Shown here: positions 44,976 to 49,248 of the stretch, one piece after another | Layout of the letters: every line of letters starts with the position of its first letter | Position numbering within the stretch: the first letter of the stretch is position 1 | DNA from: Pseudomonadales bacterium | GTDB lineage: Bacteria; Pseudomonadota; Gammaproteobacteria; Pseudomonadales; Azotimanducaceae | Assembly (NCBI GenBank): GCA_029249645.1 | Contig: JAQWWC010000080.1 | Span: 1-49,248 of the forward strand | Length of the DNA stretch: 49,248 nt | Reading direction: 5' to 3' | The notes under the pieces: generated by a model | Told to the model about the DNA's origin: nothing | The model's database searches: none | What the model saw: only the letters and a program-made list of their open reading frames with translations | Made by a program: the position numbers and the translations under genes

Positions 44976-45632
44976 TTGCTCAACGTGGGATACGGCGTGC
45001 TTGAACTCCTAAAGTCAGGAGGCTGGTTGATGATTCCGATCATTGCCTGCTCCATCGTTGCCGCAGGCATTGCAATCGAGCGTGCTTGGACGTTGCGCCG
45101 CCAAACGGTTGCCCCGAGACAACTTTTGGCCGACGTGCTAGTCCAGATTGAATTGGGCCCACTCACGTCAGAGGCCCTTAGCAAACTGCAGCTCAGCTCG
45201 CCTTTAGGTCAGGTGTTGGCCGCCGGAATTCAGCAAAACCCCTTCGGCCGAGACCCGATGCTTCGAAGCATTGAAGCCACAGGTATCCAAGTCGTTCATG
45301 ACTTGGAACGTTATTTGTCGACCTTGGGTAGCGTCGCGGCGATCGCGCCATTACTCGGGTTGCTAGGCACCGTCATTGGTATGATTAAAGTCTTTAGCGC
45401 CATTCAATTGGCAGGTATCGGCAATGCACCCGCTTTAGCAGGCGGTATTTCCGAAGCCCTGATTACCACTGCTGCCGGACTTAGCGTTGCCATCCCGGCA
45501 CTGTTTTGCCATCGTTTTCTGGTTCGAAAAATCGATGAGCTTGCGATCGACATGCAGCAAGATGCTCAGAGCCTCGTCGATCACATTACCGCCAAGCAAG
45601 TTCCCTTTTTAGCAGAGCGGTCCGAAGGATGA
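44976..45632 (+). CDS. exbB: MotA/TolQ/ExbB proton-channel family protein
   Basis: Contains GGWLMIPIIACSIVA...ERAW and the conserved LGLLGTVIGMI block. The start codon is uncertain (TTG or GTG). Confidence 0.8.
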   Translation: MLNVGYGVLELLKSGGWLMIPIIACSIVAAGIAIERAWTLRRQTVAPRQLLADVLVQIELGPLTSEALSKLQLSSPLGQVLAAGIQQNPFGRDPMLRSIEATGIQVVHDLERYLSTLGSVAAIAPLLGLLGTVIGMIKVFSAIQLAGIGNAPALAGGISEALITTAAGLSVAIPALFCHRFLVRKIDELAIDMQQDAQSLVDHITAKQVPFLAERSEG

Positions 45633-46051
45633 ACTTTGTTCGTCGAAGAACAGACGCCCTTGAGGTTAATTTAACGCCCTTGATCGACGTTGTATTCTTG
45701 TTGCTAATTTTCTTTATGGTCTCGACTTCGTTTAAATTAGAGACGCAGATTGATTTGGAACTACCAACAGCCGATGGCCAGTCAGAGTCGACGTCAGACT
45801 TAATGGTTGTGAGCGTGTCGAGCCGCGGGGAATACGCGATCAACGATGCCGTTGTTTTGAGTCCAGAATCTGCTGCGCTCACAATTGCCATTCAATCGGC
45901 CATAGAAACACTCAAGCCAGAACACGTTGTACTCATGGCAGATGCGCGTGCCAGCCATCAAAATGTCGTGACCCTGCTCGACATTTTGACCCAAGTCGGC
46001 GTCACCCGGGTGCAAATTAAAACCCAGTCGAATTCAGAAGCCCCGAATTGA
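45629..46051 (+). CDS. exbD: ExbD/TolR biopolymer transport protein
   Basis: The TM region is NLTPLIDVVFLLLIFFMV. 140 aa. The start overlaps the exbB stop. Confidence 0.85.
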   Translation: MNFVRRRTDALEVNLTPLIDVVFLLLIFFMVSTSFKLETQIDLELPTADGQSESTSDLMVVSVSSRGEYAINDAVVLSPESAALTIAIQSAIETLKPEHVVLMADARASHQNVVTLLDILTQVGVTRVQIKTQSNSEAPN

Positions 46052-46058
46052 TCACGCT

Positions 46059-48926
46059 ATGAGCTCAAACACAACGGACAGTGTGGTTTATAAGCGACTC
46101 TTGGGTTATACGCCTTGGACAGCGTTTTTTATGAGCCTGATTGGGTTCTCGCTGTATTCCATCGCCAACGTGAGCGTTGTTCAACTCGTTGCTTATTTAG
46201 TGGACTCACTTCAAGGAGACCCAGCTGATACGGCAGGCTGGGCCATGGAAAAGCTTCAAAGCTGGCTAACCCTGAATGCAATCGACAACCAGGAATTTGT
46301 CCCGACAGCCATTGTCGTCATTGTTTTAATCCGTGGAATCGGAACCTTTATCGGCAACTATTTTATTCATTTCGCTGCAAACGCCATGATCTACACGTTG
46401 CGTGTCGAGCTGTTTGATCGTTTTCTCAGCCTGCCAAGCAGCTACTTTGACAATCACCCCTTTGGTCACCTTGTCGCCAAGCTGACTTATCACGTAACAC
46501 AGGTCACAGGGGCTGCAACCGACGCCGTTAAGATATTGTTTCGCGAAGGCTTAACCGTTGTGGGCTATCTAAGCTTTTTAATCTATCTTAACTGGCGTTT
46601 AACCTTATTGTTTTTAATCGCGGCACCAATCATTGGCTTGCTCGCACGGATAGCCGGACGCCGGTTTCGGCGGATCAGCGAACGTATTCAGGACTCCATG
46701 GGGGACGTGACACAGGTGGCCTCTGAAGCCGTTCAAGGCTATCGCGAGGTTCGGACCTTTGGCGGCGAAAGATATGAACGCGAACGGTTTGAACGCGTCA
46801 GTGCCTTCAACCGCAATCAGTCAATGAAAATGGTCATCACATCCGCGATCGCGACGCCGGTGATTCAATTGATCGTATCGTTGGTGTTAGCAGGGCTGGT
46901 CTGGTTGTTGTTGGACCCTAGCATCCGCGGTCTGATGTCAACTGGCGATGTCGTCGCCTTCATCACAACCGGCGGACTCCTCGCAAAACCAATCCGTCAA
47001 TTAACCGAAATCATCGCCATTGTTCAAAAAGGCATTGCGGCATCCGCAGACCTGTTTGACGTCCTAGACGAGGCTGTGGAGCCTGATGATGGCGATTTAG
47101 TTTTAGAGGCGGTCAAGGGCTCGATCGAATTTCGGAATGTATCGTTTAGCTACCCGCATGCCGACGGCGAGGTGCTTAAGAACATCTCGTTCACAGCCTT
47201 GGCGGGTGAAACAATCGCTCTGGTCGGCCCGAGCGGTGGCGGCAAATCAACCCTTGCTTCGTTGATCCCGAGGTTTTACGAACCAACCTCTGGTGAAATT
47301 TTATTAGACGGTCATGCCATTGCCACGATGACGCGCAAAAGCCTGAGAAGCCATATGGCGCTCGTTAGTCAAACCATCACGTTGTTCAACGACACTATTG
47401 AACGCAATATTGCCTATGGCGCTTTGGCGGACAAAACGGCGTCCGACGTCGAGCGAGCGACTCAAGATGCGCAAGCCTGGGATTTTATTCAAGAATTTGA
47501 TCAAGGCTTAGCAACTGAAGTCGGAGACAATGGTGTATTGCTCTCGGGTGGCCAACGCCAGCGCTTGGCAATCGCCAGAGCGCTATTAAAAGATGCGCCC
47601 GTATTGATTCTCGATGAAGCGACGTCCGCGTTAGATACTGAGTCAGAACGTGCCATTCAAACCGCCCTGGAACAGGTCGTTAAAGGGCGTACGACCATCG
47701 TGATTGCCCATCGTTTAAGCACGATCGAAAAAGCGGACCGGATCCTAGTTTTAGACAACGGTGAAATTAAGGAGCAGGGCACTCACCAAGAACTATTACA
47801 ACTCGGTGAGCGCTACGCGAAATTTTATCAAGTCGGAGACTCAGAGACAGCGCTCGAGCCTCAGGTACAATCCTCAACTGTTGAGTCGGTCCGGGCTGTT
47901 CCCGGCGATCAGCGGCAGGGTTTTCAATTAGGACTGTGGTTACCCAAGGCTTGGTATCGGCGAGCTCGATGGTTGAGTTTGCTGACTCCGTTCAGTTGGG
48001 TGTTTCAACAGCTCGCGGGGCGCAAACGGCGTCGCTCAGAGACCCATCAAGCACGTTACCAAAGCCCAATCCCAATTATTGTAGTGGGTAATATTACCGC
48101 CGGTGGTACCGGCAAAACGCCCGTTGTGATTGCACTCGCCAAATGGTTAACCCAGGAAGGCTATAAGCCTGGCGTGATCTCTCGTGGGTTCGGTGGGGCT
48201 TCAAAACATTTAATCCGAGTCTCTGCAGCGTCCGACCCCGCCTTGGTTGGCGACGAGCCTCTTATGATCGAGGCGTCAACGGGCGTTCCTACAATTTGTT
48301 GCCGAGACCGAGTTCAAGCAGCCATCCATTTGAGTGAAACCACCGATTGCAACGTGATCATTAGCGATGATGGCTTACAACACTATCCGCTGCCGCGTAA
48401 TTTCGAGATAGTCGTGATCGATGGCCTCCGAGGTTTTGGCAATGGTCGATTGCTCCCGGCGGGTCCGCTGAGAGAAAAGCCCTCGCGGCTACAGGAAGTG
48501 GATTGTATTTTGGTTAACGGGCCCGATCAGTTTGAGGTAGCGCCCGCAAGCGCCCTCTCAATTGCCGTCGAGATCGATCACCTGCTTGATGCTAAAACAG
48601 CCCAGACAGTGTCTTTGGATGTCATTAAGCGGAAATCCGTGCATGGCGTGGCAGGCATTGGCCATCCACAACGATTTTTCCAGACCCTTTCAGGGTTGGG
48701 TTGCTCGGTGATTGAGCATCCTTGGCCGGACCATGCGCCCTTTGGTGAGGAGGATCTTAACTTTCATGATGACCTACCCGTTGTTATGACTGAAAAAGAC
48801 TACAGCAGATGCCGCGCGCTCGACTTTAAGGCCATCAGGGCACCTGTATTGGTTCTGGTTGTTCGCTTGGACTTACCTGATGCGCTCAAGGAAAAAATCC
48901 GGCAGGCATTACAGCCGAGTGATTAA
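46059..48926 (+). CDS. msbA-lpxK: Single-ORF fusion of the lipid A flippase MsbA (ABC exporter) and the tetraacyldisaccharide 4'-kinase LpxK
   Basis: Residues 1 to about 585 are a six-TM ABC exporter with GPSGGGKST, LSGGQRQRLAIARAL and ILDEATSALD, ending ...ERYAKFYQ. After a linker of about 35 aa comes LpxK: WYRRARWLSLLTPFSWVF, the P-loop VVGNITAGGTGKTP, DDGLQHY and FGNGRLLPAGPLRE. There is no stop codon, and no in-frame ATG, GTG or TTG between the two modules. Confidence 0.85.
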   Translation: MSSNTTDSVVYKRLLGYTPWTAFFMSLIGFSLYSIANVSVVQLVAYLVDSLQGDPADTAGWAMEKLQSWLTLNAIDNQEFVPTAIVVIVLIRGIGTFIGNYFIHFAANAMIYTLRVELFDRFLSLPSSYFDNHPFGHLVAKLTYHVTQVTGAATDAVKILFREGLTVVGYLSFLIYLNWRLTLLFLIAAPIIGLLARIAGRRFRRISERIQDSMGDVTQVASEAVQGYREVRTFGGERYERERFERVSAFNRNQSMKMVITSAIATPVIQLIVSLVLAGLVWLLLDPSIRGLMSTGDVVAFITTGGLLAKPIRQLTEIIAIVQKGIAASADLFDVLDEAVEPDDGDLVLEAVKGSIEFRNVSFSYPHADGEVLKNISFTALAGETIALVGPSGGGKSTLASLIPRFYEPTSGEILLDGHAIATMTRKSLRSHMALVSQTITLFNDTIERNIAYGALADKTASDVERATQDAQAWDFIQEFDQGLATEVGDNGVLLSGGQRQRLAIARALLKDAPVLILDEATSALDTESERAIQTALEQVVKGRTTIVIAHRLSTIEKADRILVLDNGEIKEQGTHQELLQLGERYAKFYQVGDSETALEPQVQSSTVESVRAVPGDQRQGFQLGLWLPKAWYRRARWLSLLTPFSWVFQQLAGRKRRRSETHQARYQSPIPIIVVGNITAGGTGKTPVVIALAKWLTQEGYKPGVISRGFGGASKHLIRVSAASDPALVGDEPLMIEASTGVPTICCRDRVQAAIHLSETTDCNVIISDDGLQHYPLPRNFEIVVIDGLRGFGNGRLLPAGPLREKPSRLQEVDCILVNGPDQFEVAPASALSIAVEIDHLLDAKTAQTVSLDVIKRKSVHGVAGIGHPQRFFQTLSGLGCSVIEHPWPDHAPFGEEDLNFHDDLPVVMTEKDYSRCRALDFKAIRAPVLVLVVRLDLPDALKEKIRQALQPSD

Positions 48927-49019
48927 TCGAAAACCCTGGCGCAAAATTGTAGTGAACACAGACGTTAGTAGACCGGTGTGGTTAAATCTAAAGCAAGAAA
49001 ATTATGGAAGGTAGGCGTT

Positions 49020-49229
49020 ATGGCAATTAATCACCGATTACTCGAAATTTTAGTTTGCCCTGTATGCAAGGGGACGCTCACCCTTGATACAGGACTTGGC
49101 GAGTTAGTCTGCTCAGTTGATCAATTGGCCTATCCAATACGCGATGAAATTCCGGTCATGCTACCCAACGAAGCAAGGCGTTTAGGCGATACCCTTAGCC
49201 ACGAAGATGAGGCGGCGCCGACATCGTGA
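49020..49229 (+). CDS. Trm112/YcaR family small zinc-ribbon-like protein
   Basis: [23 protein letters not shown]...[20 protein letters not shown] precedes the ATG at 49020. The position downstream of lpxK is typical. Confidence 0.75.
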   Translation: MAINHRLLEILVCPVCKGTLTLDTGLGELVCSVDQLAYPIRDEIPVMLPNEARRLGDTLSHEDEAAPTS

Positions 49230-49248
49230 CGACGCCTTTTATCATCAT
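49226..49248 (+). CDS. kdsB: Possible start of 3-deoxy-manno-octulosonate cytidylyltransferase (first 7 codons only)
   Basis: A GTG overlaps the upstream stop (GTGA) and reads VTTPFIII, like KdsB N-termini (..F.VIIPAR). Support comes mainly from the conserved lpxK-ycaR-kdsB gene order. There is too little sequence to confirm. Confidence 0.3.

Noticed and set aside
1-49248. Mobile elements, prophage, toxin-antitoxin or known defence systems.
   Set aside because: No integrase, transposase, recombinase, terminal inverted repeats, tRNA-flanked junctions, small paired TA-like ORFs, or recognisable defence domains (nuclease/helicase/TIR/Sir2, etc.) appeared in any frame of the ORF track.

Overview
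Chromosomal window from a Gammaproteobacterium with roughly 50% GC by eye. It is densely coding, and I saw no transposase, integrase, phage gene, CRISPR array, rRNA or tRNA. Gene order in the second half (apbE-nqrM, PilZ protein, lolCDE, DUF2062, comEC ... exbB-exbD, lpxK, Trm112-like, kdsB) matches, from memory, the Pseudomonas PA2979-PA2993 neighbourhood. A housekeeping/catabolic block (tesB, hisC, greB, clpB, CDF transporter, CoA-transferase module) sits between comEC and exbB.

Four things stand out:
1. A tightly packed minus-strand operon at about 8992-16926. It combines an Mla/MCE-like ABC core whose ATPase subunit has lost every catalytic motif, a TPR membrane protein, three orphan secreted proteins or lipoproteins, and a terminal exported peroxiredoxin. 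This is my best candidate for an undescribed envelope system.
2. That peroxiredoxin is a UGA-recoded selenoprotein. The ORF track splits it in two. It has a SECIS-like hairpin, and selA-selB lie 8 kb away.
3. Two near-consensus LexA (SOS) boxes follow the clpB stop codon. Downstream is an orphan ORF that opens with seven in-frame 15-bp tandem repeats (MLETT pentapeptides).
4. msbA and lpxK form a single 955-aa fusion ORF.

All functional calls come from motif recognition in the supplied translations. No database search was possible.
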